Part shown: positions 23,223-35,114 of the stretch, piece after piece | Numbering within the stretch: position 1 is the stretch's first letter | How the letters are laid out: every line of letters begins with the position of its first letter | Source: Coniocarpon cinnabarinum | Taxonomy: Eukaryota | Length of the DNA stretch: 64,000 bases | Reading direction: 5' to 3' | Assembly: GCA_051942205.1 (NCBI GenBank) | Contig: JAVECO010000104.1 | Location: 1 to 64,000 of the forward strand | Notes under the pieces: generated by a model | The model's input: only the letters and a program-made list of their open reading frames with translations | What the model was told of the DNA's origin: nothing | Database searches by the model: none | Translations under genes and position numbers: made by a program

Positions 23223-24097
23223 GGCGTCGATGACGATGGGTGCAGAAGAAATTGCAAAGGGGACAAGAGAGGCGTCTTTGGGGGACCCCACCAAGAAAGT
23301 GAGTCTTCAGACGACGTGGCTGAGCTTCGAAGCTGTCAGCGTAAGCATGGATTGCGGGACGTTATCAGGGCAAGGCTTCGCGGCCATGCATCTGATGCGC
23401 AGGGAGGAAGGATTGACAGCGGAAAGGGATAATCAGTCATGAGAGAGTTCATGCACGATTAGCGCAGACGAGGAGTGGTCGGGACGGAGTTGGGCAAGTA
23501 AGTAGGCAGTTGGGTAGGAGGAAGTGCGTGCCCAACGAACAAGATTAGATGGGCCGATACCTGGGTGTACGTCACTCCCGTCCCCTCCTTGCCCGACTCT
23601 TCAGGCGCCCATCTGCCATATAAGGTATTCTGCCACCGGCCCAGTAGGGCGCTTTCCCCTTTTGGATAGGCTTGGTCTGGACCCCTGGATTGGCCACTCC
23701 TCTCAACACAACCTCGGGAGGGTTCGTCATGCTGTCGTAGACCACGTCTTCACACATTCGCTTCGATCAAGAGCACAAGAAGGGCAAGCAGGTATGCAAG
23801 ACACTCCGCTAGATACCTGAAGCAAGTCGCGACGATCAAGACTCCACCCTGGCCTGCAAGTTTGAGCTGTCACCCCATCTTTTCTCTGGGTCGGGCCCCA
23901 TTCGCCCTCAACGCTGGCGCGTCCCTTTCAACAGATCGTCAAGGCGTCTTGGCTCGCGCACGGATCATGTAAGGCTCACGTGACTGCACCACAAGTCTCC
24001 GCCCACGTAGGCTGTGAAGAGACGCGTGCCCTTCAAGCGGCGCATCAAGCGTTTGCATAAACTTGATTCAATCATTGCTCACTCTTGTCTAGACATT

Positions 24098-25081
24098 CTA
24101 CGGCTTACGCTTCCCCAGACCCAGATACGGCCCTGCCCCTGCTCTCCCGGCGAAAGGGTTCGTCGAACTCCCTTTGCCAGCATCTTCGCCTGCTGCGTCC
24201 GCCGGAGGCGAGGGCGTTTTCTGTCCAAACTCTTGAATAATGATCTTCACCAGGGCAACATACGCCATGACCTGCACAAAGGTTAGCTATATGCTTCTGT
24301 GAAGTCCGCGAGCGCCTTACCAATTTGATTCCGATGATTTTACGTTTCTGAAGAAGCTCACAGTTGGTCCAGCGATCCCCTTTACGCGGTAGACGCATGT
24401 CCGTTGAACTTGCAGAATCTCGTTCGATTGGCGTCAGTGTTGCTTGATGGGACAGTCTAGGTATATCTTTCCAATTATACTTGAAGTTTTCAACACTCTC
24501 GGGCAAGATGTCACTGTGCCTACTGAGGAAAACACCTTTTTCAGTCACATCGATCATCGTTTTGCTGCCCACCAAGTATCCCTGTCTAGTTAGATGGATG
24601 CGGAATAGACCGTTAGGTCTGAGAATGTGCTCTGGATTCCAGGACCACTGTGGGACAAACGCATTAAGACTTCGTTGCTTAGGAAACGCGAATCAGACAT
24701 TGACGCTCACCTCCTCAGACCAGTACCCAGTGCGAACCTCTCGGTGCTCGATCACGAAGTGTCCCTTTGCGTCTACGATAATTCTTCCCCAGATGACTTT
24801 CTCACCGGCGTCATTGTAGTGATGAAGTACTGTTTCGGCGTCAGTGTGGCCGCACGGTGGGTTTCTAACAGCTTCCGCACGGGCTGTCGAGGCCAAGTGG
24901 ACACAGCCTTTGACGTACCAGCAACAGTCTTTTCACCCTTCGCCTTTGCTTTCGCTTCCCCCTCATTTACGCCCTCACCCAAGTCCACCTCGACCTGAAT
25001 GGACTTGTCGTCAGGCGTCTTCTGATTGTGACATTTTATAGAAGTGCCATTATCTTCAAATACAAAGTTTTCGTCGAGCAT
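24098..25081 (-). CDS. Uncharacterised 4-exon protein, tandem paralog 1 (260 aa)
   Basis: Introns 24830-24918, 24648-24710 and 24272-24320 give a continuous frame. Shares WG.I.V, WNPEH, MIDV, MRL.RKGDRW and EF.QKTPSPP with copies 2 and 3. TATA-like element near 25198. Confidence 0.8.
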
Positions 25082-25316
25082 AGCGAACACGACCAGCGCT
25101 CTCGTTCTCCTATTCAGCAATCAGAACCAGCAACAAGACTGTTCAGGAGATCGCAGTATATCCTGCAAACGGAAGAGCAGACTGCTCTGTGAGAGCTTAT
25201 ATATCATTCGCAAAACAACAGCTGTAGACATCTTTTGCCTTTGGTAAAAATACGTAGCTTGGGGTTCTGAATGATGACCGTGTCACACAGATAACCGTTG
25301 TAGCCTTACGCGAAAA

Positions 25317-25440
25317 TGCTCGTATCGGAGACACGTGATTCGAGCTTACAGAACGTGCTCGTATCCCAGAGGCTAGGGGTTAAGCTTTCGGGACGTTCTC
25401 GTATTCTGACGACACGTGGTTTTGGAAACGTTCGTATCCC
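25317..25440. promoter_or_regulatory. Cluster of 4 TCGTAT and 2 CACGTG motifs upstream of paralog 1
   Basis: (ACG)TKCTCGTATY-like motifs at 25317, 25353, 25393 and 25428. GACACGTG at ~25330 and ~25411. Confidence 0.4.
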
Positions 25441-26790
25441 CAATACACGCTTTCCAGACCATGTTATGAAGCGACGTAGAAGAAGCCACTTCGCCACTTG
25501 GCCGAGTGCTGACCTCTACGAGTGCTGACACCGGTACACTACGTCTCGAATACACCTCAGATGGGAAAACGCACGTCAAAGCGATTGCGTTGGCAGTCGC
25601 ACCCCTCCGCCCTTTATGTTCGGTATCGCGGTGGCTACGATCGTCTGCCTGCAATCGCAGAGTTTGGCGCACGTCGTCCGCCCATGGTGCTGCTACGCGA
25701 TCCACCAAGTGTGTCAAGCGCACTCTGTCGCCATGGTCAAGACGTCACTGATGCTTCAACATATGTATCTAGCTTGGCAAGGGCATTAGGTCTCTCTATT
25801 CGTATTGCGACCGCGCCTGTGACTTGCGGTTTGTCCGCACGTGTGGACGGCGCCCCAATGGTCACGCCAGCCTCATCTTGCTCTTGGTTATTTGCGACCT
25901 ATCCGTTGATGCACCATCCACATGGCGAGTCTTTGAGCGCGTATCAGTAGAATGGGAGAACCAGTAGCACATGATAGAGTCTCATTATCAAAGGCACACA
26001 CTGGGGCGAACCAAGATCCGGCGCCTGAACAGCGTGAGCGATAAGCCAGACCGTGAGTTACGGTGGAGGACACAGGCCTTCACCCTACGACCGAGGGCCC
26101 AGCTGTCTACGTTTAATGCGAATACAGATTTCGTTGGCTATGGTAGACGACGAACCAAGTTGAGAAGCTTTTGAGTAAACAAAATGCAATGGTCAACGAG
26201 TTTTCTATCTTGATGGTACCTACCACCTGCACAACATGCATGTCACTACCCTCGCTGCCAGCGCTACCCACAAATTCGAGCCCTATCCATCGTGTTGCTA
26301 GTCGGAAGTGTACCTTAATAAAAAGGACAGATACCACCCGGGATTACCTGCGCAACGGTGTGCAGCGCTGCCGACAAGGTGTTCCACGAGTAGAGATAAG
26401 GACATGATTAAGGAATTGACGAACGTTTTGGCGAGCGCGAGCAAGCAAGCGCAGACCAACTCCTTGAGTCACTTGACCCTAGTAGAGGTCACCTTAGTCT
26501 CTTCCCACCGACGAACTGTTCAAAAGGCTTTAAGCAAAGTAATGAGTGTAACGTGTCCAGCGTAGTTTGGCTTTCATCAAAATATTGCGGATTCCGTGGT
26601 TCAAGAGGTTGGGGCGGCGTGTACAGCGTATTCACACTAGCCACTTTATTACCAGCTCTCTTCTACACGATGTATAGACCTTGTGCTCTAGCTCGAGTGC
26701 TTTTCAGTGTCTACGCTTGCCTAGGCCTTCATATGGGGCTTCGCCGCCGTCATGAGGATTTGTCGAGCTCCCTTGGGCTGGATCCTCGTC

Positions 26791-27696
26791 CTACGATGCG
26801 GGAGGCGATGGTGTTTTCTGGCCGAACTCTTTGATGATAACTTTCACTAACCCAATCAGCCCCATGATCTGCGAACCATTAGCAATATCTTTGTTACGTC
26901 ATTGACTGTTCCTACCATCTCAGGTCTAATTCGATTAGTTTTGTCTGTCCAGTGGAGCGTACAATTTGACCAACGATCACCTTTACGCAAGAGGCGCATA
27001 TTCACTGGTTGGTTGGGATGAGTCGGCGTCAGTAACCCGTGACGGACCATGCGCTTCAAGGTATCCTGGTTATACACGAAGTTTGCTAAGCTTGTAGGTA
27101 TTATGTCGTTGTGCTTAGTAATGAAAACGCCCTTTTCGCTTACGTCGATCATGGTCTTAGGCCGGCGCAAGGATCCTCTTTCGTGAATCAGATGGATTTG
27201 AAACCCACTGTCAGGGTTAGTGGGATCAGGTGCGATCAGGTGCTCTGGATTCCATATATACTGCGCGTTACTGTGTTAGACCGTGCTGTACTTGGGTCAG
27301 GCAAGGTCGGCACTATTGCTCACTTCCTTTTGCCAGTTAGAGCGTCCTCTATCATTTTGCAATTTGGAGAGAGTGTGGTGCCCGTCCTCTCCGACAATAA
27401 TCGCACCCCAGACTTTAAGATCGGAGTAGTCACTGGCATAGATGACTGTTGCAATGTCAGCTCATCCTGAATGTGTCTCTTCACTTGCGCTCAGCTTCCA
27501 AAAGCCAGAGTGCGTCAAGGTTCGACATACTAGCCACAATTCTCTCGTGCTCTTTGGCCTTTGGTACGTTCTCCACTGCGCTCACGTCAAATTTGACCTC
27601 AACCCGGCGGGTCATACTACTGTCATAGCACTTGATAGAAGTATCGTTATCTTCAAATTGAAGAGAGATCTCCTCCTTTTCCGGCTCACCAAACAT
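26791..27696 (-). CDS. Uncharacterised 4-exon protein, tandem paralog 2 (236 aa, early TAG)
   Basis: Introns 27446-27530, 27261-27323 and 26869-26915 are at the same positions and phases as in paralog 1. Homology continues in frame past TAG 26791-26793 to TGA at 26704. Confidence 0.78.
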
Positions 27697-28581
27697 GTTG
27701 AAGACGACCGACGGTCTCGTTATTATGGTATCATAAAACAGGGAAACGCCATGGAGAGGAAGACGCTCTTATATCTGTACCTACCTTAACGAAAGCAAAA
27801 CTCTTGAGCATACCTTTCTTCATCTGTCGAGGACACGTATAGAGTTTGAAAGGTCTGAGTTTTCCCCTTTGAAATCGACCAGGGATTGCCGGTCCCGCCA
27901 GCGCGCAGTGACAAAGCCATAAGCCTACGTCACTCTGCGATTCGGAAACCCGTGCGCAAGACGCAGCATTACCGCATGAAGAAGCGATCAAGATGTCTTC
28001 TCCGCACAAGGACCTTCATCCGACTTCAAGGACCACCACCCTCGCGCAAATACCTCTGTCCTGCCTCGACAATTGATCTTCGTCTCACAAGAAGACACCT
28101 GTTTCAAGAAAAGAACTCTGTTTCAGAAGAGGGCTTGTGCATCGCGAAAAGGCCTCGAGTCGCGAAGAGGCGCTCACTCCCGGATCGATCTCTCCCGTGT
28201 CGAAACGGCCTGCTCGCAAAAAGAGCCCAAACTGTAGACGAGAGCTTTGCTGTGCGATGGGCCGTTTCACAGGTATTTTGCTTTTGCTAGTTATCGCAAA
28301 GGTTTAAAGTAGGCTTCGGAAGGTGGACCGTTTAGCGGCACAGCGGGTTCAAAAGTCTGCTCTGTATATGGAGTCTCTCCTCAGCTTTAGTGAGTCCAGT
28401 CAGGACTTGGACCAAACTCACGTGGCTGGGTCGAACTCGCTAGCGCGTCACAGGGGTGATGCCCCTTCAGATTTCACTCCTAGTCTACGCCTTCAAATCC
28501 TGCATATGATCGTCTTCTGTCTAATGCATGTTCTTGTATCTGCATCTCCCTGTACTCCTCATCTTCCTCCGTGGAAGGGGT

Positions 28582-29509
28582 TTATCGAGCTCCTTGAAAA
28601 GGGTTCGTCGAGCTCCCTTGGATAGTGTTCGTCGAGCTCCCTTGGGCAGGAGGAGATGGTGTTTTCTGTGCAAACTCCCGGATGGCGAGCTTGGTAATAC
28701 CAAACAGGCCCATCTGCTGTATGAGAGTTAACCTAATAATTTCTTCGAATTCATCGAGCTTTCCTTACCACCCAAATTGGCATTCTTGGATTTTTCTGAA
28801 CAAGGTAAGAATCGTTCCAACGGTCACCCTTACGGGGTAAGCGCATGTCGGCCGTGCCCGGCGGATTATTTCGCATCAGAACTGCTTGATGCTTCAAACC
28901 TTTTATCTTCGCGTGGTCATACACGAATTCTTCGACGCGTGTAGGCAGGATGTCTTTATGTGTGCTAATAACGACAAGTCCTTCGGCGACATCGATCATT
29001 GCCCTTCGCTCTATTGGAAATGCATCTTGAGTAACATGGAGCCGAAATATACCATTAGGTTTAAGGATGTGTTCTGGATTCCAGGTCCACTTGTGAGGTC
29101 GCGACGTCAGTGCTGTCCGTTGTTCAATAAAACAGACCTGAAATCATACTTACTTGTGCAGAATACCAGTTATCCCGGTCTGGTGAACGGTATTCGAGCA
29201 CAAAGAGTCCTCGAGTGTCAACCACAATTCGTCCCCAGAGGGTTACCTCGTCTCCTCTATTATAGAAGACAACTGTATCAAAATCACTGTGAGCGGCGTA
29301 CGTTTCACGCTTCGCCGCAGAGACCGATTAGGGGTCTCTCTTAACGTACCAGCCATAACTCTTTCACCTGCTCTTGCTTGTGTCCATGAGTCGATCCTTT
29401 CCCTCTCAAAACTCACTCGGGCCTGCTTGGACTTATCATTGGGGTCTTCCTGACTCCAGCACGTTATGAAAGTATCATGGTCTTGGAACACAAACGGTAC
29501 GTCCGGCAT
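28582..29509 (-). CDS. Uncharacterised 4-exon protein, tandem paralog 3 (~243 aa)
   Basis: Introns 29273-29349, 29090-29153 and 28714-28768, with the same motifs. A C-terminal 24-nt tandem repeat encodes QGSSTN. Confidence 0.78.
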
Positions 29510-30641
29510 GATGAAATCGACCAGCGTTGATGGTCTAGAACTTCACAATATTATGCTGGCTACGATGGTCTTGAATCAGGGTATAATATACAAGTTGAGG
29601 AGTTGCAATACCAGGGGAAAAGTCGCCCGTCGAGGCACTAAATATTCTTCAACAAAAAGGACAGATAGGGACATCTCTCAAGAAGACACTTAGTCATCCG
29701 AGTCATCCGATGGAGGATCACCTCATTGGGGGATCGCCTCGGTAGCGCATAATTAGAAATGTTGGCAGACCTGCCTTTCAGACTCTTGCTTTCGCCAGGT
29801 ATTCCAAAGAATTAAAGTAAGCTTAGGGAGTTTTGCGCGAAACATTAAGATTGCAAGTGGGGTGGACCGTTTTGAGAGCACAGCGGGTCCAACATTCTGT
29901 TTGCAGCTTGAGATACCGACTACCTACTGGCCCCTGGTCACGTGACTAAGACTTCGAAAGGTCGTTGGACAAAAGCCGTTGGCCGGTCTCAGCCTGGGCG
30001 ACGAGCCTGTATAATAAGAACAATTCAGGTCACAGACCCACGAGTGTAACGGCGATAGCGCTTTGTTCGTGACAAGACACTGAATTATAGTGCGGCAAGT
30101 ACAATCCTGCGAGGCTCTCGTTCCCTGACAGGCTTCCGTCCTTAGAAAGAAACACGGCGCACGACACGTCTTTCGAATTATTGGTCAGGCGAGAAGTCTT
30201 CGGTGACGATTTTAAGATGATCATAATCCCCATGAAAGATGGTGAAAGAGTGTACAATATACGCGCTGTCATTGCCTGGTCATGCATGGGCCGTGTTTGA
30301 CAGAACGCATGTCAGCACCCGCTTGACGCTTTGCTAGAAGCGGCACAAGTAAGCGTATAATCTTGCTTCTTTCGGTGCATTTAAAGCGTCCCAATGGCTG
30401 CTCTGATGACTTCCAAGCCTCACTTGTCATCAAGTACACCTAATAAGGACGTGCCTGTCACGTCCTGGCTGACTGTCATGTCACTCGCTTACGAATGGAT
30501 CTGCCCGGGCAGACATAAGTACTCTCCAAATAGCGTCCGGTGCCCGATGGCATTGCGGTCGTCAAGCCCTACACAAATTGACCGTGCTTCGCTCATTTGC
30601 CTAAGCCAACCGTCGAAATTGCCCAGGGCAGAGTAGCAGAC

Positions 30642-31517
30642 ATGGCACTTACTGTATTGATCACTGGCGCGAACAGAGGTATCAGGCCAGAACCATCCTC
30701 AATGCCTCATCTTGTCGGCAAGCCAGACGCTGATTGATTTAGGAATTGGACAAGGGCTCACAAAGACGTATCTGGCACGCGAAGCGCACACCGTCATTGC
30801 TGCAGTCCGCAATCCCAACCACCCTACATCTCAGGCTCTCCTCAAGCTTCCCACGGGCAATGCGAGCGTCCTTATCCTGGTCAAGATCGACAGTGCTGAT
30901 CATGAGGGTCCTTTCACCACAGTCAAAGAGCTGCAACATCAGCATGGCATCACCAAGCTGGATCTCGTCATCGCCAATGCCGCCATCAGCACTCTCTACC
31001 CAACAGCATTGCGCGCCAACCCCCAAGACATTCTCGATCACGTAGAGATAAACGCGATCGGCCCACTGCTCCTTTTTCAAGCGACGCAACCTCTTCTCGC
31101 CAAGTCGAGCAATGCTAAATTCGTGGCAATAGGGTCCTCTGCCGGCAGTATTGGAGGCATGGAGCTAGTGCCGTGGCCAAATGCCGTTTATGGACCAACC
31201 AAGGCCATGCTGCATTATCTCCTCCGCAAGATCCATTTCGAACATGACGACATCACCGCGTTTCCTGTTGATCCCGGCTGGGTCCAAACCGAGATGGGTG
31301 ACGGCGCTGCGAAGCTGTTGGACGTTCCAGGTGGCAAGGCGGAGACGCCGACGGATGACAGCGTTCAGGGTGTTGTAAAAATAGTGAGTCGTCACGTCTT
31401 TCAAGGACATTCTCCATACACGGAATACTGACATCCGAGGCGCAGATTGATTCGGCGACAAAGGCGAGCCTGTCAGGAAAATTCCCCAAATTTAATGGAC
31501 AGCTCACGGACTGGTAA
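30642..31517 (+). CDS. Short-chain dehydrogenase/reductase, Nor-1 (norsolorinic acid ketoreductase)-like
   Basis: MALTVLITGANRG|IG (TGxxxGIG across intron 30679-30742), LDLVIANAA, catalytic YGPTK and DPGWVQTEMG. Second intron at ~31384-31446. Confidence 0.88.
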
Positions 31518-32186
31518 ATGATCGAATCTGGGACCAGGGCATGGTTACTTGAGTCAACAGTATACCTTGAAGTGTAGAGCAGCCTTCTTGGCCAAGAACC
31601 CCTTTTTTTGAATTCACTGGATATTTCGGAAATATGTCAATCAATGTTAGACCACCATTAGGTACTGCACTTTCTTCTTGGCCTTTGCAATAAAAGTGCA
31701 TACTCTTCCAAACGCTGTCTCTCTCTCACTCCAGATCAGCTGTAGAAGTAGTAGTAGGAATGAAATCTTCGTGATCATGAATTTCGAAATCAATACCGGT
31801 ACTTGCAGTAATGATGGGCATCGCTTAAAGGTTGAGCGCTCACTCCGTCCAAAAAGCAGCCATTACGTTGAAGGTGGTGGTTCAGAGCGAGTGCACCAAC
31901 CTTCGGCCACGACTCCATTGCAAGCTACGGCAACTATACCGCGAGCGTTCCTGCCTTTATTGATCAACTTCAAGTAGCTCTGCCATCTTGGCAGGGAAGA
32001 ATATGCCCCTATGTTTTTACAAAGTCGAAGTGTTGTGCACTGACCGTCATACTGGGTTGCAGATCTTTCGGCCACCCAGTCATTCGCATTCGAAGGCACA
32101 AGTGTCGCTGTTTCACAGGAAGATGTGCCGACGAGAGCTGCGTTCTGCAACATTAAATTTAACCAATAGCGAACGTTCGCAGCTCA

Positions 32187-33407
32187 TTACGCATGCTCAG
32201 GGATCGTTGCAGCATCCAGTAAGGCTCCTTTCTGGATGAGAAGAGTCACTGTCTCGTCATACTGGCACCACGAAGCATGATGCAATGGTGTCCAGCCATG
32301 CCTGTCGCGCGTGTCCACATCAACACCTTGATCAAGCAGCGCAGTAACTGCGGCGTTGTTTCCCCGTCTGGCAGCAACATGAAGGGGAGTCAAACCATAC
32401 TCGTCTACTGCCTGTAGGTTAGCTCCGGTACTAATGAGCCTTCTAATCAGGGGTTCACCGCCTCGCTCGCAGAGCATGTGTAACGGCGTTCTCCCGGCAG
32501 GCATTAGACCATCGATCATGGAGCAATACGGGCGCGAATCCGCTCTTGACAGGTCTGCTGTGGACGTGCAGCCTGGAGCTAGCGAGCTGCCCAGCAGAGC
32601 CGGACCGCTTGCACCTGCAGTCCTCGATGGTCGGGAGCCCAGGGTTTGATTCTGGATCAGAAAATAGTAGTATTAGCATATTAATGAAGTGCAAGTTGAA
32701 TTGAAAAGCCTCAATGGTTTCGCAGCTTACTTGACCATGCCAATTCTGATCCTCGTTCGTCCACGAATGAGAACGATCTCCACCATGCGAGCGTGTTTCC
32801 TCGTGAGTGCCCAAATCTTCTAGCGAGTCATGCCTCATGAGATGATCGCTAGAAGCATTTCCCAAATTCCACTGGTCAGAGCTGGCCATTGATTGATATG
32901 AAAGGACAGGATCGCTGAGTTGGAGGAATGGATCGGAAATGTCCAAAGGATACACCGCTGAAGCCATTGCACTAGGCATAGGAGTGCCAAGTGATTGAGT
33001 GTGACTATTTGCAGAAGCAACAGCCGTGGCATGATCATTGCCATGGAGCGGGCTGGGAAGCGGATTCGAGGCATTCCAAGTTCCCCGCGCAATCTGATTC
33101 ACTCCAGGCGACTCAATGTTGACGGGATCGACACCAGTGGTATGGGTCCCCGTCTGGGGATATGCGAGTTGACTAATGGTTGTGGAAGAAGTTGTGGGAG
33201 CGACTTCCTGCCTTTCGATTGGTTGCTGCTGATTTGCTCTTAGTTCTTTCGCACCTGTGCAAAGAGTCAACGTACATGTGGCGCAATACAAGCGGTCTAC
33301 AGCTTCTCGGATCGTGAGCTCGACTTACGGGTTCTATGCCTTTGTTGAGCAAGCCGGTTCTTTTCACGGCGAATTTGAATGCTGCTCATGCTTTCGGCGG
33401 AGGCCAT
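32187..33407 (-). CDS. bZIP basic region + ankyrin repeat (bANK, ToxE/Aps2-like) transcription factor
   Basis: N-terminal RREKNRLAQQRHR with no obvious leucine zipper. Two introns splice in frame to the ankyrin repeats GRTPLH, GLTPLHVAA and GWTPLHHAS. Confidence 0.8.
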
Positions 33408-34357
33408 GATACTGGCCGCAAAAAGGTCAAGGGTGTTTACATAGTGGCATGAATGACCGCATCTGGAGTAGAACGTAAGGTGGGACACCGGTTGCTCAGC
33501 AGAGCAAGTGCCTCGACAAATCGCTTCACCGAAGCTGATGCTTCACATCGAACCTCGCCAATCTCCTCCCCCGCAAACATCTTGCAAGTGTCGTGTTAAG
33601 TATATAATAGCTCGAATGGATCTTGAATACCACGTGACCTTACGCGTCGAGCTTACCTAAGGGGAGGAACTAATTCAGTCGCTAAACCGAAAGTGGAAAC
33701 ATCCGCGCAGAATTTCACTGCCCACCTTATGTTTTCAATAGGCGCACGGAAGATGTGCTTCGAGATATTGCCTTTTCCTGTGTTGATTTATTGGGAATAC
33801 CTGAGCTGAGCACCAATGTACTCCGCAGGATGCTTTCGAAAGCCACTGCGATTGACCGTGCTAACTAGTGACGAGTAATCAGATCGTGTCATGTCATCCA
33901 TGGCTTGTTTCAAGTTTTGATTGCATCCCTCCACGGGCCCACAGGTCCACAGTCGCCCACTGTCAGGATCTGGCCAGACGCGCAAGATCAGTGCATGTTT
34001 CGCGGTCGCCCACTTCTGGTGCCCCTTGTCGTGCTCTTTCTTGGTGTCCATGTCATGGCACGTTTGACGGAAGCCATACAAGCATTCGCCCAGTGCCGGA
34101 TTGCCGTTGCAGCAGGAAGGCTTTTGGTGTCGTGGGCATTGGTGTCACTGATTCGTAGTGTCATGGATTAGATGAAGTCATGGATCCATCTGATGCGAGG
34201 CCCGGCTGCGGCTGCACTAGCAATTTTCCTTCATGTTATATATGACTTGCTTATCTCCCTCGTCGTTCTCTCTTCGCTGAGTCCGTGTAGCACTCACTAA
34301 AGTCATTCGTTTTTGCAGTTCAAACAAAAATCCAGTCACTCTTTCTATACATCCGGC

Positions 34358-35114
34358 ATGTCCCCAAGATTATTTTCTTCGTTCTCACTCTTTTCCCTCT
34401 TGGCGTTGGTGGCGCTGGCAGCACCAACCTCACCGAATCCAAGCTTGCAGGCCCGCGCAGCGTTGACGGGACAGGCTACGCGATATGGCGGCAATGTTGA
34501 GGGCGGAGCATGCTCCTTCTCGGGATACACTTTGCCATCAGGAATCTCTGGCACAGCCTTGTCAGATTCCAACTGGGACAAATCTGCGAATTGTGGCGGC
34601 TGCATCTCGATCACGGGCCCCAGCGGCAAGGCCGTTACTGCGATGGTGGGTTGACGAGAGAATTGCGAGTGACGAACTCTCAGGGAGCTAAACCTGGTGA
34701 CAGATTGTCGACGAGTGTCCGGGCTGTGGCGAAAACCACCTCGACCTCTTCCCCAGTACATGGACCGCGGTGACAGGGCAGAGCCCCGGAGTGGCCTCAG
34801 TCAGCTGGGATTACATCGAGTGCCCTATATCCTCGCCACTGCAGGTCCATTTCAAGTCGGGTGTGACGCAGTACTGGTTCTCTGCCCAGGTGGTGAACGC
34901 CAACGATCGCACTCAGAAGATGGAAGTCAGCAGCGACGGTAAAACGTGGAAGGATACTACCCGACAAGACTACAACTACTTTGAGATCAGTGGCGGCACC
35001 GGTTCATCGACCGTGTCGATCCGGCTGACTAGTCAGGGCGGCAGTCAAGTGGTGCTGGACAATGTCACCATTAAGGCGGACGGATCTGTCACCGCCAAAA
35101 ACAATTATTCGTAG
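34358..35114 (+). CDS. Secreted expansin-like protein (DPBB + CBM63-like domains)
   Basis: Signal peptide, GQATRY..GGACSF, CGGCI, MIVDECPGC..HLDLF (intron ~34646-34703), YWFSAQVVN and RQDYNYF. Confidence 0.88.

Noticed and set aside
24105..24575. 156-aa ORF as a standalone gene
   Set aside because: It is exon 3 of paralog 1 read through intron 3. The spliced frame matches the other paralogs.
25317..25440. CRISPR-like repeat-spacer pattern
   Set aside because: The repeats are only ~10-13 bp and degenerate. A promoter motif cluster or an old duplication explains them better.
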